Shown in pieces: positions 38,169 through 47,806 of a stretch of DNA of 64,000 bases (position 1 is its first letter; each line of letters begins with the position of its first letter). The notes under the pieces are model-generated. The model was given only the letters and a program-made list of their open reading frames with translations, searched no databases and was not told the origin of the DNA. Position numbers and translations under genes: made by a program. The stretch spans positions 11,026 to 75,025 of the forward strand of contig JAJDUJ010000029.1 of assembly GCA_022826705.1 (NCBI GenBank), read 5' to 3'. Source of the DNA: Acidimicrobiia bacterium. Its GTDB lineage: Bacteria; Actinomycetota; Acidimicrobiia; Acidimicrobiales; Bin134.

Positions 38169-38569
38169 CGGGCTTGCCTTATCTGGGTCTTGCGCAGCGC
38201 CGCGCCGATCACAGCCAGTGCCACCCCGCCCAACACGGAGACGGCCAGATAGCCGGCGGCGAAACCCCAGTCGTCGTCGCGGGCCATCTGGGCTACGTCC
38301 ACAGTGAGCGCCGAGAACGTGGTGAGGCTGCCGCAGAAGCCGGTACCGAGTCCGAGGGTGATCGGTAGTTCAGCCCGGGCTGACCAGGCCTCGGCGGCCA
38401 GATAACCGAGCACCAGACAGCCAATCAGGTTTACGGCCAGCACCCCCCAGGGCCAGGTGTCGGTGGAGGGCAGCGCCTCGACCAGCGCCCAGCGCGTGCC
38501 CGCTCCGGCTAGCCCGCCTATTCCGACAGCAATTGCGGCCCGGGTTGCTAGCGACAAGCTATGCGCCAC
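38165..38569 (-). CDS. crcB: Fluoride channel FluC/CrcB (second copy)
   Basis: AVNLIGC, GTGFCGSLTTFS. Confidence 0.88.
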   Translation of the reverse strand: MAHSLSLATRAAIAVGIGGLAGAGTRWALVEALPSTDTWPWGVLAVNLIGCLVLGYLAAEAWSARAELPITLGLGTGFCGSLTTFSALTVDVAQMARDDDWGFAAGYLAVSVLGGVALAVIGAALRKTQIRQAR

Positions 38570-39686
38570 CGCTCTCGGCCAGCGGCGGGCCGGGGTCGCT
38601 GCGGGGCCGGAAGCGGAACCACAGCACAATGCCCACGATTACTGCGAGCAGTACCTCCCAGAGAACCGGCCACCGACCGGGGTCGGTGAACCAGTGGCCC
38701 ACTCGCTCGGGGATGGCGGCGATGGTTCGCGCCAGCGGCAGCACCAACAGGTCGCCCTGGTATTGGATTGCCTCCGACAAGGCGTAGCCCACCGCGACAA
38801 CGGCAGAGGCCGCGGCCAGCCAGGGTCGGGGGATGCGGTGGCGGAACGCCCACAGCAGCACGGCCAGCACCAGGAACGCAGTGGCCAGGCCGAAGCGGTT
38901 GCCGCCCACGTCGATGATCCAGTTCTCCAGCCGGATGGACACCCGATTGGAGGCCTCCACGAACGGGTTGTTGGCCTCGAAGTCGTCGCGCAGCAGCACC
39001 TGGACTTCCCACCAGCCATAGAACCCCAGCACGACGCCGGCCACCACCAGGAAACCGCCCGAGATCTTGTTGATGTGGGGCAGCAGGCGGCGCATGTGGG
39101 CGGTGACCCCGGAGCGTCCCATGGCCACGGCCAAGGTCAAGAAGGTGATAACCAGCCCCATCCCCAGCGCGTAGGCCAAGAACCGCACGGTGCCCTCCCA
39201 CACCCCGTCGGTGCTGAACGAGCCGCTGACCGAGCCGAAGAACACCGGGCTGGCGCAACCCAGCGACACCACCGCATAGGAAACCCCGAACAAAAACATG
39301 GAGATCAGCCCTTGGCTATCGCCCCCCTTGGACAGTCGGGGCACAGAGATCTTGGGCTCGAAGCCGGCCAGCATGGCGATGCCCAGCACCACCATGAGCC
39401 CGCTGATCACCAGCGTGATCCACGGACCTCGGTCGGCGATGGTGGATGTGGAGATGAGCGACGAGGTGAGCGCGCCGATGATGCCGAAGAAGGCCACGAA
39501 TCCGGCAGTGAGGGTGAGCCCGACCAGCAATCCCCGAAGCACGTTTCGACCGGTGTCGGTTGACTGGTCTTGGCTGCCGATGCCCAGGAAGTAGGCCAGG
39601 TAGGCCGGCAGCATGGCGAACCCGCACGGGTTCACGGCGGCGACCAGACCGGCGCCGAAGGGAACCGCCAGGTCGAGGTCGAACAC
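38559..39686 (-). CDS. ccdA: CcdA-like cytochrome c biogenesis protein with C-terminal extension
   Basis: NPCGFAMLPAY, SLGC..P, YALGMG. Confidence 0.85.
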   Translation of the reverse strand: MFDLDLAVPFGAGLVAAVNPCGFAMLPAYLAYFLGIGSQDQSTDTGRNVLRGLLVGLTLTAGFVAFFGIIGALTSSLISTSTIADRGPWITLVISGLMVVLGIAMLAGFEPKISVPRLSKGGDSQGLISMFLFGVSYAVVSLGCASPVFFGSVSGSFSTDGVWEGTVRFLAYALGMGLVITFLTLAVAMGRSGVTAHMRRLLPHINKISGGFLVVAGVVLGFYGWWEVQVLLRDDFEANNPFVEASNRVSIRLENWIIDVGGNRFGLATAFLVLAVLLWAFRHRIPRPWLAAASAVVAVGYALSEAIQYQGDLLVLPLARTIAAIPERVGHWFTDPGRWPVLWEVLLAVIVGIVLWFRFRPRSDPGPPLAESGGA

Positions 39687-39696
39687 AACCTGAAGG

Positions 39697-40194
39697 TTAC
39701 GGGGTTAGATGCGTGTTTATGTGCTCGGTGATCTGGTCGGCGGTCAGGCCCCCGGTGTGCTGATAGGCGACCTCGCCGTCGGGGGCGATGAACAAAGTGG
39801 TGGGCATGCCCAGAATCCCATAAGCGTTTCCGATGGCAGAGTTTGGGTCGACCCCTGTGGCATAGCTGACCCCGGTGTCGGCCACGATCTCCCGGGCTCT
39901 GGTGGGGGTGTCGTTGTAGGCCAAACCGACAATGGCGATGTCTGGGCGCTGTTGGTTGATGGACTCCAAGGCGGGCATCTCCGTGATGCACGGCGTACAC
40001 CACGAGGCGAAGAAATTGAGCACCACAGGACGGTCGAGGAAATCGCCAACGGCAGCGGTGCCCCCGTTGAGCAGCTCGAACTCGATTTCCGTTGCTTGGA
40101 CATCGTCGCCGGCCCCTGAACCACAGGAGCCGGCGACGACGACGATCAGCGCCGCAGCGACAGCCAATGCTGCTCGGCGGCACCGCCCGGCCAT
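39697..40194 (-). CDS. TlpA/ResA thioredoxin-like lipoprotein
   Basis: NFFASWCTPC..EMP, GMPTT. Confidence 0.88.
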   Translation of the reverse strand: MAGRCRRAALAVAAALIVVVAGSCGSGAGDDVQATEIEFELLNGGTAAVGDFLDRPVVLNFFASWCTPCITEMPALESINQQRPDIAIVGLAYNDTPTRAREIVADTGVSYATGVDPNSAIGNAYGILGMPTTLFIAPDGEVAYQHTGGLTADQITEHINTHLTP

Positions 40195-40246
40195 CAGGCC
40201 ATACCGGCCATCAAACCGAACCAGCCATCAAGCCGGGCGTCGGCCA

Positions 40247-40585
40247 TCAAGCCGAGCGGAGCCGCTCACGCAGATGTACGGGCACCGGCACCTGGACAAA
40301 CTCGTCCTCGGGGCGGGGCACTTTGGCCGGGCGACCCCGACGACGCTTGCTGGTCAGCACCCTGCCGTTGCGGAACAGCTGGCCGCCCCACACGCCCCAC
40401 GGCTCGCGGCGGGCGATAGCGCCTTCCAGGCACTCGGCCATTACCGGGCACTCGGCGCAAATGGCCTTGGCCCGGGAGATGTTCTGGAGCTCGTCGGAGA
40501 AGAAGATCTCCCCAAGCGAGGCGTCGATGGTGCGGCACGCAGCATCCAAGCGCCAGGGTGCGTTCTCAAAGAGGAGCGCTTCCAT
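40247..40585 (-). CDS. whiB7: WhiB7/WblC-like Fe-S transcription factor
   Basis: Four cysteines, EPWGVWGG, C-terminal AT-hook KRRRGRPAK; AAAGGAG RBS. Confidence 0.8.
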   Translation of the reverse strand: MEALLFENAPWRLDAACRTIDASLGEIFFSDELQNISRAKAICAECPVMAECLEGAIARREPWGVWGGQLFRNGRVLTSKRRRGRPAKVPRPEDEFVQVPVPVHLRERLRSA

Positions 40586-40649
40586 GTTGTTCTCCTTTCG
40601 GGGGTCTTCGGCTAGGTGCTTTCAGATGGTTGGTTGGGTGGTGGTTGCA

Positions 40650-40683
40650 AACTGAAAAGGCCGCCGGATTTTTCCGGCGGCCT
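40650..40683 (-). terminator. Intrinsic terminator within the whiB7-like leader
   Basis: AGGCCGCCGGA-AAAA-TCCGGCGGCCT followed by TTTCAGTTT on the minus strand. Confidence 0.8.
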
Positions 40684-40711
40684 CGGTGAGTATTTGATCC
40701 TTGTAGGTGTT

Positions 40712-40876
40712 CTACGTGGATCCTCCCCGAGGCCTGGTGTTGGCAGTCTTCTGACCAAACACGCATGGTGTGTGATGGGTCGTCCAATAGCCGTGGCCAA
40801 TTCGGGCCATGTCAGCCATCGCTACGCGCGCGGCTCGGCCTGATTGGCCGATGGCGAGATAGCTCCTGGCGAACAT
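40712..40876 (-). other. Candidate 54-codon leader uORF upstream of the terminator
   Basis: MFARSYLAIGQSGRAARVAMADMARIGHGYWTTHHTPCVFGQKTANTRPRGGST*; stop about 30 nt before the hairpin. Confidence 0.4.
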
Positions 40877-40948
40877 GACCACTACTCAACAGTGTATTGA
40901 GCGCGATGTCAATTTATTTCCCGATCAATTTGCTCTCAGAACCGACTA

Positions 40949-42025
40949 CTACAGCCCGGGCTTGATTTCGAACGTCACCAGCCCGTCGGGGGTGACGTCT
41001 TGGCGGGCTTCGCCGATCACCTTGAGATGCACCAGGTGGGCGAAGGTCTCACTGGCGGCCATGTCGCCCCAGGCCCGCTCGCTGAACAGCACCCGCATGA
41101 ACTCCTCCACGGTGGCGCATCCCAAATGGCTGCTGGCATGGCGAAGCACATTCAACCGCTCGTGATGGTGGTCGCAGATGTGATCTGCTCTGGCCCCTAT
41201 ATCGGAAAACGGGTGTCCGTGAGCGGGCAGGGCCACGGTGGCCTCATCCAGCGTCTTCATGCGGTCCAGCGAGTCGAAGAACTCGGAAAGCGAGTCATCG
41301 GTGTCGCTGCGGCCGGCGATGTGCGGCGTGATAGTGGGCAGAACGTGGTCGCCGGAGAACACCGCGCCGTGCTCAGGATCGTAGAGGCAGAGATGATCGC
41401 CGGTGTGACCCGGTGTGTGCAGCGCCACCCAGTCCCTACGGGCGAAGCGGACCACCTGGCTGTCTACCACCTTCACCGACGGCTTGGGGGTCTGGAACCA
41501 GCGAGCGTGGAGGTTGTCCTTGGCTCGGAACCGCTGGATGTACTCCCGGCTGGGCGGAGTTCTCTCGGTTCCCCACGGGGTGAACGAGCGGAAGCTCTCC
41601 TCGATTCGCTCAAAGATCTCCTCGTCGGTGGCATTGTCCTCGGCATCGTGGGTTTCTGTGGTCTCGCGGCGATCCCAGATCGGGCGAAAGCTCTCGTGGG
41701 TCAAGATGTCGGCTCCGGCCTCTTCTCGAAGCCGCTCGGCACCGCCGAAATGGTCGAAGTGGGAGTGGGTGATGATTGCGGTGTGGACATCGCCGATCTT
41801 GTAGCCGGCACGGCCCAGCCGGTCGACCAGGGCGTTCCAAGAATCAGGACCGGGCAGTCCGGGGTCCACCACCGCCACCCCTCGCTCGTCTTCCATCACA
41901 TAGCAGTTCACATGGCCTAGCCCCGGCAGGTTGATGGGCAACATGGTGCGGAGCACACCGGGGACAACCTCGGTGACCTCGGTGGTTGCTTCCTCCTGTT
42001 CCTGCTTGCGAGGCCGCTCGGTCAC
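40949..42025 (-). CDS. MBL-fold metallo-hydrolase
   Basis: THSHFDHFG, HTPGHTGDH, FSGDH, PAHG. Confidence 0.9.
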   Translation of the reverse strand: MTERPRKQEQEEATTEVTEVVPGVLRTMLPINLPGLGHVNCYVMEDERGVAVVDPGLPGPDSWNALVDRLGRAGYKIGDVHTAIITHSHFDHFGGAERLREEAGADILTHESFRPIWDRRETTETHDAEDNATDEEIFERIEESFRSFTPWGTERTPPSREYIQRFRAKDNLHARWFQTPKPSVKVVDSQVVRFARRDWVALHTPGHTGDHLCLYDPEHGAVFSGDHVLPTITPHIAGRSDTDDSLSEFFDSLDRMKTLDEATVALPAHGHPFSDIGARADHICDHHHERLNVLRHASSHLGCATVEEFMRVLFSERAWGDMAASETFAHLVHLKVIGEARQDVTPDGLVTFEIKPGL

Positions 42026-42573
42026 CCACCAGCCTCCGTGGGAATTGCAAAAAACTGTTCGCGATAGTGGCGGAGCTCATCGAGGCTCTCGCGGATGTCG
42101 TCGAGGGCCCGATGGCCTTTGGCCTTCTTGGGCGCCTGCTGAAATGCCTTGGCGTTCCACCGCCGAGCCAGTTCCTTGATGGTGGAGACGTCGATGGAGC
42201 GGTAGTGCAAGAAGTGCTCCACCTCGGGAAGCTGGGCAGCCAAGAAGCGGCGATCGACTCCGATGGAGTTGCCGCACAGCGGCACGGTGCGGGGTTTGTC
42301 GATGTGCTCTTTGAGGAAGGCCAGGGTCATCTCGCCCGCAGCTTCCAAGCTGAGCGTGGATGCCTTGATCTGATCCAGCAGCCCGCTTTTGGTGTGCATC
42401 TCCACTACCACGTCTTGCATCGAGGCCAATGCCTCAGGGGGGGCCGAAACCACCAGGTCAGGGCCCTCCGCCACCAGCTCTAGGTTGTCATCGGTGATGA
42501 GTGTGGCGATCTCCACGATCACGTCAGTGGCCGGGTCTAACCCCGTCATCTCCAAGTCCATCCAAGCCAGCAT
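42022..42573 (-). CDS. orn: Oligoribonuclease
   Basis: WMDLEMTGL, LCGNSI..DRRFL, HRALDDI.ES. Confidence 0.97.
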   Translation of the reverse strand: MLAWMDLEMTGLDPATDVIVEIATLITDDNLELVAEGPDLVVSAPPEALASMQDVVVEMHTKSGLLDQIKASTLSLEAAGEMTLAFLKEHIDKPRTVPLCGNSIGVDRRFLAAQLPEVEHFLHYRSIDVSTIKELARRWNAKAFQQAPKKAKGHRALDDIRESLDELRHYREQFFAIPTEAGG

Positions 42574-42673
42574 CTTGAGTTGACCCTAGAGGTTGGGGCC
42601 TGAAAAACCTGAGTCGGCGGGTAATCGCCCAGATCGGGGGAAGTGTCGGCTCTGGCCATGTAGTGTCACCGCC

Positions 42674-43111
42674 GTGTTGGAGATCCCCATTGTTCGCAGC
42701 CGCCCTGACCTGCCATTTCCCCGCTACGCCACCGAGGGCGATGCTGGGGCCGACCTCGTGGCCAGCGAAGACGTTGAGCTGGCCCCGGGAGGTGGTCGAG
42801 GCCTGGTGCCCACCGGCACGTTCATCGCCATCCCCGAGGGATATGCCGGGTTTGTGCAGCCCCGAAGCGGGTTGGCGCTGCGCCATGGGGTCACCTGTTT
42901 GAACACGCCGGGGCTGATCGATTCCGGCTATCGAGGCGAGTTGAAGGTTCTGTTGGTGAACACTGACCCGGCCGAGCCGTTCACTGTGCGCCGCGGCGAT
43001 CGGATCGCCCAGCTTGTGCTGCAAAAGGTGGAGCAGGCCGACTTCGTGGAAGTGGAGGAGCTGCCCCCGTCTTCACGGGGATCGGGAGGATTCGGCTCTA
43101 CTGGGGCCTAA
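42674..43111 (+). CDS. dut: dUTP diphosphatase
   Basis: [31 protein letters not shown]. Confidence 0.97.
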   Translation: MLEIPIVRSRPDLPFPRYATEGDAGADLVASEDVELAPGGGRGLVPTGTFIAIPEGYAGFVQPRSGLALRHGVTCLNTPGLIDSGYRGELKVLLVNTDPAEPFTVRRGDRIAQLVLQKVEQADFVEVEELPPSSRGSGGFGSTGA

Positions 43112-43470
43112 GCCGACTTCTGAAGCCAAACACGGTGCTCGTCGGGGTCGAGCTTCCACGAGTCCACCAGCGATCCGGCGGAAGACTCGAAACGGTCGAT
43201 TCTGTCGTGGGGGATCGGCTTATCTCCCCGCTGGTCAAGCTGGGCTTCCACGGTCACGATGCCCGCTTTGCTCTGGAAGTCGAATGCCATGGTTCCGTCG
43301 GACCGTTCTGGGTCGAGCAGCAGCACCACTGCCTCCTTGATGACCCGGCTGAGGTTGGCCATGTCGTCGGAAGAGAATCCCTGGTGGCCGGCCGCGTGGA
43401 TGGCGGCGATCTCAGCCATGCGGCCGTACCCTTGAGCCGCGGGCACCTCGACTCTCACGCCGCCGCTCAC
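43108..43470 (-). CDS. Hypothetical protein, weakly RsbW-like at the N-terminus
   Basis: [13 protein letters not shown]...[10 protein letters not shown]...EAVVLLL; start uncertain. Confidence 0.4.
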   Translation of the reverse strand: MSGGVRVEVPAAQGYGRMAEIAAIHAAGHQGFSSDDMANLSRVIKEAVVLLLDPERSDGTMAFDFQSKAGIVTVEAQLDQRGDKPIPHDRIDRFESSAGSLVDSWKLDPDEHRVWLQKSA

Positions 43471-43575
43471 GGCTCTCAGTCGGCGGTCTTCGCCGGTTCC
43501 ATGCTCTGAGAGTACCAACCGAGCAACAAGACATTGAAAAAAGAGTGCGGGGAGCGCGGCATATATCCTGGCTCG

Positions 43576-44355
43576 ATGCTTCGAGTCGGCCTGATTGGCT
43601 GTGGGGCCATCGGCTCCGTGGTGGCCCGGGAACTGTCGCAAGGGGCGGTGCATGGTGTGGAGTTGGCCGCAGTTCTCGATCCTGTTGTCCGTCATCCCCT
43701 GAGTGTGGATTATCGGGAATCGCTGCTGTCCCGATCGGATGTGGTGGTGGAAGCCGCTGGCCATGCCGCCCTTAGCGAGCACGGGGTGGCGGTGCGGGAA
43801 GCAGGCACCGACCTGCTGGTGGTGAGCATTGGAGCATTGGCCGATGGAGACCTAGAGGCTCGGTTGCGACAGGCCGAGGGCGGGCGATTGTTTCTGTGTA
43901 CCGGGGCCATTGGCGGCTTCGACATCCTGCGAGCAGCCATGCTCTTTGGGCCGTTGGAGGAGGTGGCCATCACCAGCACCAAGCCTGCGATGGCTCTCAG
44001 TCGCCCGTGGATGGACGAGACGATTCAGGATGCGCTGGCCCACGGCACCGAGCCGGTGACGGTGTTCGACGGCCCGGCCCGGGAGGCGTGTGCCCTCTTT
44101 CCGGAATCGGCCAACGTGACCGCCACCCTGTCGCTGGCCACCGTCGGATTCGACCACGTGCGGGTGCAGATGGTGGGCGATCCGGAGGCCACCCGGGTGC
44201 GCCATGTTGTGGCTGCTTCCGGGGAGGCGGGCACCTACGAGCTGTCGTTCGAGAATGCCGCCTCTCCCGACAACCCCCGAACCAGCGCGGTCACCGCCTA
44301 CTCGGTGCTTCGGGCAGTGGGCGACTTGCGTCGGCCCTCAGTGTCTTTCCTCTAA
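43576..44355 (+). CDS. nadX: L-aspartate dehydrogenase family
   Basis: LIGCGAIG, VVEAAGH, GAIGGFD, FPESANV, NPRTS. Confidence 0.85.
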   Translation: MLRVGLIGCGAIGSVVARELSQGAVHGVELAAVLDPVVRHPLSVDYRESLLSRSDVVVEAAGHAALSEHGVAVREAGTDLLVVSIGALADGDLEARLRQAEGGRLFLCTGAIGGFDILRAAMLFGPLEEVAITSTKPAMALSRPWMDETIQDALAHGTEPVTVFDGPAREACALFPESANVTATLSLATVGFDHVRVQMVGDPEATRVRHVVAASGEAGTYELSFENAASPDNPRTSAVTAYSVLRAVGDLRRPSVSFL

Positions 44356-44364
44356 GCTGAAGCG

Positions 44365-45633
44365 ATGGTTGACCTGCCAGATCAATTTGTATTTAACACC
44401 TTTGCCTTTTTGATCTGGGGTGCATTGGTGATGTGGATGTGTGCGGGCTTCACGATGCTGGAGTCCGGCGCGGTCCGCACCAAGAACGCCTCCATGATCT
44501 GCCTCAAGAACATCGGCATCTACTCCATCGCGGGCCTGGCTTATTTCATCGTCGGCTACAACATCATGTACGTCGACGTCGGTGACATCTTCGGCTCATT
44601 CGAATTCCTCTACGGGCCGTCGGGTGCCGAGAAAGCCCTGCTCAACGGAGACGAGAGCGCGGTAGGCAGCGTGGTGGACAACGGATACGCCGTGATGTCC
44701 GACTGGTTCTTCCAGATGGTCTTCGTGGCCACTGCTGCATCCATCGTGTCGGGGGCCATTGCCGAGCGCATCAAGTTGTGGTCGTTCTTTGCGTTCACTC
44801 TCGTATTGACCGCATTCATCTATCCCATTGTGGGTTCCTGGACCTGGGGAGGCGGTTGGCTGGCCCAAGAGGGTTTCCAGGACTTCGCCGGCTCCACCAT
44901 TGTCCACGGCACCGGCGGTTGGGCCGCCTTGGCCGGAGTACTGGTGGTGGGTCCCCGGCTGGGCAAGTTCAAAGCGGACGGCAGCGTGAAATTAACCCCG
45001 CCCTCCAACGTGCTGGTGGTGACGCTGGGGGTGTTCATCTTGTGGCTCGGCTGGTTCGGATTCAACGGTGGTTCCCAGCTCGCGCTGGGCACCCCGGGTG
45101 ATGCGGTGGCGATGACCATCGTGTTGGTCAACACAAATCTGGCCGCCGCGGCCGGCGTGATTGCCGCCCTGGCCGTCTCCCGTTCGATCTTGGGGAGGAT
45201 CGACCTCTTCGCCGGCCTCAACGGGGCCATCGCCGGACTGGTTGCCATAACCGCCGGCCCCACCATGGTGGATCACTGGTGGGCGATGATCATCGGCGCA
45301 ATCGGCGGTCTGCTCTGCACCATCGCCATCAAGGTGCTGGAGATAGTCAAGGTGGACGATGTGGTCGGCGCCATTCCCGCCCACCTCGTTGCTGGCATTT
45401 GGGGAACCCTGGCCGTGACTATCGCGGCCGGCGGCCGATTCCACATTCAGCTTCTGGGCATCGTGTCCATCGGGGCGTTTGTCTTCATCGCCTCCTTGGT
45501 GGTGTGGAAGGTGCTGGACATCATGATGGGCCTGCGGGTGTCGGCTGACGTCGAGCGCATGGGCCAAGACGTGGCCGAGCTCGGCATCGAGGCATACCCG
45601 GAGTTCGTGCTGATGCCCGAAGAGTTGGACTAA
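44365..45633 (+). CDS. amt: Ammonium transporter
   Basis: FFQMVF, GAIAERI, DFAGSTIVH, WFGFNGGS, DDVVGAIPAH. Confidence 0.97.
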   Translation: MVDLPDQFVFNTFAFLIWGALVMWMCAGFTMLESGAVRTKNASMICLKNIGIYSIAGLAYFIVGYNIMYVDVGDIFGSFEFLYGPSGAEKALLNGDESAVGSVVDNGYAVMSDWFFQMVFVATAASIVSGAIAERIKLWSFFAFTLVLTAFIYPIVGSWTWGGGWLAQEGFQDFAGSTIVHGTGGWAALAGVLVVGPRLGKFKADGSVKLTPPSNVLVVTLGVFILWLGWFGFNGGSQLALGTPGDAVAMTIVLVNTNLAAAAGVIAALAVSRSILGRIDLFAGLNGAIAGLVAITAGPTMVDHWWAMIIGAIGGLLCTIAIKVLEIVKVDDVVGAIPAHLVAGIWGTLAVTIAAGGRFHIQLLGIVSIGAFVFIASLVVWKVLDIMMGLRVSADVERMGQDVAELGIEAYPEFVLMPEELD

Positions 45634-45649
45634 TAGCCCAGCTTCAACG

Positions 45650-45741
45650 AATCAGGTGCGGTGTTCTGGAGGGTTGATCCGGTTCTGACCAATCAGGTGC
45701 GTTGTCCTGAAGACTTGATCCGGTTCTGACCAATCAGGTGC
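45650..45741. repeat. 41-bp tandem repeat (2.2 copies) between convergent genes
   Basis: AATCAGGTGC at 45650, 45691, 45732; TTGATCCGGTTCTGACCAATCAGGTGC twice. Confidence 0.85.
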
Positions 45742-46483
45742 AGGGTTCTGCGGGTGCCACGGCGGGGAGTCGGCCAGCCCGCATGGAGGTGACCGAGGTG
45801 CCGTCGGTCTCGAAGATCACCCGGTAGTCCACGTCTGGCTCATCCACCGGGACGAATTGGATCGAGTTCCCGCTGCCGTCGGCATAGGGGGTGACCACCA
45901 GCCGTTCCCCGAACAGCTCGTGGAGCTGGGCCTCGGTGCTGCCCACGCTGGCTCCCGACCGGGTGGTGATGCTCGGGTTGGTGACATCCACCCGCTCGAT
46001 GGAGCTGTTGTAGATCGTGACCACCACTCCCGTGGGGCCGTTGGCCGGGGCGAGCAGGTAGCAGCGGGGGGTGCCGTCTTCTGGGCCGCCGGCCCAAAGG
46101 GTGGGGAGCGACTGGGCTGCCTGGTCGGGGGTCATGCCGAAGAACATCGACCCGAGTCCCGCGGTGGTGAGCTTGTCGGAACTGCTGAAGGCCGGATTGC
46201 TGAGGTCAACTGGCTCGGGTGGGTCAATCGGTTCGGCGGTCGAGATGGGGATCGGCGTGGGTTCATCAACGGGAACAGGTGTGGACTCCTCGACCGGTTC
46301 GGGTGCGGGCTCCTCGTCGACGGGTTCCTCAACGGGGGTTTCTTCAACCGGGGCCGGTGTGGACACTGGTGCTGGTGCTTCTGTGGCGGCGGGCTCTGGG
46401 GTGGCATCCTCCGCCGTGTCGTCGTTCCCGCAGGCCGCGAAGAACAGAACCAATATGGCAACCAAAGCAATCGATCGACGCAT
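45734..46483 (-). CDS. Lipoprotein with a Pro/Glu/Thr-rich linker
   Basis: LFFAAC lipobox; low-complexity spacer; globular C-terminal domain. Confidence 0.7.
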   Translation of the reverse strand: MRRSIALVAILVLFFAACGNDDTAEDATPEPAATEAPAPVSTPAPVEETPVEEPVDEEPAPEPVEESTPVPVDEPTPIPISTAEPIDPPEPVDLSNPAFSSSDKLTTAGLGSMFFGMTPDQAAQSLPTLWAGGPEDGTPRCYLLAPANGPTGVVVTIYNSSIERVDVTNPSITTRSGASVGSTEAQLHELFGERLVVTPYADGSGNSIQFVPVDEPDVDYRVIFETDGTSVTSMRAGRLPAVAPAEPCT

Positions 46484-46519
46484 GGCCTCAGCGTAGTAGG
46501 CCGAGCGATAGGTGTCTTG

Positions 46520-46592
46520 TAGGCCGCCTGGGACTCGAACCCAGCACCTTGAGATTAAAAGTCTCCTGCTCTACCTGATGAGCTAGCGGCCC
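46520..46592 (-). tRNA. tRNA-Lys (TTT)
   Basis: GGGCCGCTAGCTCATCAGGTAGAGC...CTTTTAA...GGTTCGAGTCCCAGGCGGCCTA. Confidence 0.95.
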
Positions 46593-46644
46593 GCCGTCAC
46601 TGTATCGCCCAGACCCATTGTTGCGGTCGGTAATATGCCGCCCA

Positions 46645-46836
46645 GTGGAAGCCTGGGAATCCCTGCTAAGCGACGTGGAAAGCGAGTTGATCGACGTGGA
46701 GGCGGTGCTCGCTGATCTCGACGACCTCGATGCATTGCGCCATCGGGTTCACGCCGCCCAGGCCGACGGAAGCATTGACCAGCGTCCCGTGCTCCAGCGC
46801 TGCGCTGAACTGATTTGGAGCGCTGCGCTGGGTTGA
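46645..46836 (+). CDS. Small acidic helical hypothetical protein
   Basis: MEAWESLLSDVESELIDVEAVLADLDD...; fills the gap between tRNA-Lys and the convergent phosphatase gene. Confidence 0.35.
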   Translation: MEAWESLLSDVESELIDVEAVLADLDDLDALRHRVHAAQADGSIDQRPVLQRCAELIWSAALG

Positions 46837-46837
46837 T

Positions 46838-47443
46838 CTAGAGCAGGTCAGCGGCGGGCACCTGGATGTCCACGCCCTCGAGGGGGTGGACCCGCTCGCC
46901 GGCAACCAGTTGGCCGTTGTCCACAGTCACCCATCGGCCGCTCATGTTTGTGACCCGGCTAGGAGGGCAGCCCAGGTGGGCCTCCAGGGAGTAGATGACT
47001 CCTCCGTGGGTCACCACAATGGCCGACCGGTCGCCCACCACCGTGGCCAATCGGTGGAGGCCGGCCAACACTCGGGCCAATAGGGCGTCGTCTTGCTCCC
47101 AGCCCGGTGGGCGGCGGCCGTCTTCCAGGAATCCGGGGTACCGCTCCTCGATCTGCGCCCGGGTCAATCCGGAGAACTCCCTCACATCCCGCTCGATCAG
47201 CTCGGCAACCGGGATCGGCAGGTCGCAGCCGAGCGCTTCGGCAATGATCTCTGCGCTCACCCGGGATCGTTGGAGGGTGGACGTGGCCACCACGTCAACC
47301 GGCTCGAGCCGGGCCGCGGCTTCGGCCGCCTGCCGGCGTCCCAACTCCGATAACGGGGGGTCGGCCTGACCTTGCCAGCGCCGAGCCGCGTTCCATTCCG
47401 ACTGCCCGTGTCGGATCAGAAGGAGACGAGCCACGGCTGTCAC
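46838..47443 (-). CDS. Histidine phosphatase family protein
   Basis: LIRHGQSEWN..RWQG, LIERD, VVTHGG. Confidence 0.92.
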   Translation of the reverse strand: MTAVARLLLIRHGQSEWNAARRWQGQADPPLSELGRRQAAEAAARLEPVDVVATSTLQRSRVSAEIIAEALGCDLPIPVAELIERDVREFSGLTRAQIEERYPGFLEDGRRPPGWEQDDALLARVLAGLHRLATVVGDRSAIVVTHGGVIYSLEAHLGCPPSRVTNMSGRWVTVDNGQLVAGERVHPLEGVDIQVPAADLL

Positions 47444-47504
47444 GGTAATGGGCGGGGCTTTTCAGACTGCGGCAGTGGCAGAGTATTCCCGTACAATTCT
47501 GCCC

Positions 47505-47741
47505 ATGGCCACGCTGCGCCTGTTCGCACACGTCAGGGAGGCGGCGGGCACCGGACGAGACGAAGTCCCCGGCGCCACTGTCGACCAAGTACTGGCCACT
47601 GCGGTGGATCGCTATGGCGCGGCCTTTGCCGAACAGCTTCAGATTTGCCGGGTGTGGCTGAACGGCGAGCCGGTTACCGGATCTGAGCCGGTCGCCGACG
47701 GCGATGAGGTGGCTGTGCTGCCCCCAGTGTCCGGGGGGTAG
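47505..47741 (+). CDS. MoaD/ThiS ubiquitin-like sulfur carrier
   Basis: LRLFAHVREAAG...VAVLPPVSGG. Confidence 0.92.
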   Translation: MATLRLFAHVREAAGTGRDEVPGATVDQVLATAVDRYGAAFAEQLQICRVWLNGEPVTGSEPVADGDEVAVLPPVSGG

Positions 47742-47806
47742 CCTCAATTGGCCATGCCAGTTCTTTGTTCGCGGGGCAACCTCGTCATGATTCGGGGATT
47801 GGGGTC

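Noticed and set aside
40180-40255. Short GCCATCA repeats downstream of whiB7-like
   Set aside because: Irregular spacing and very short; no structure I can support
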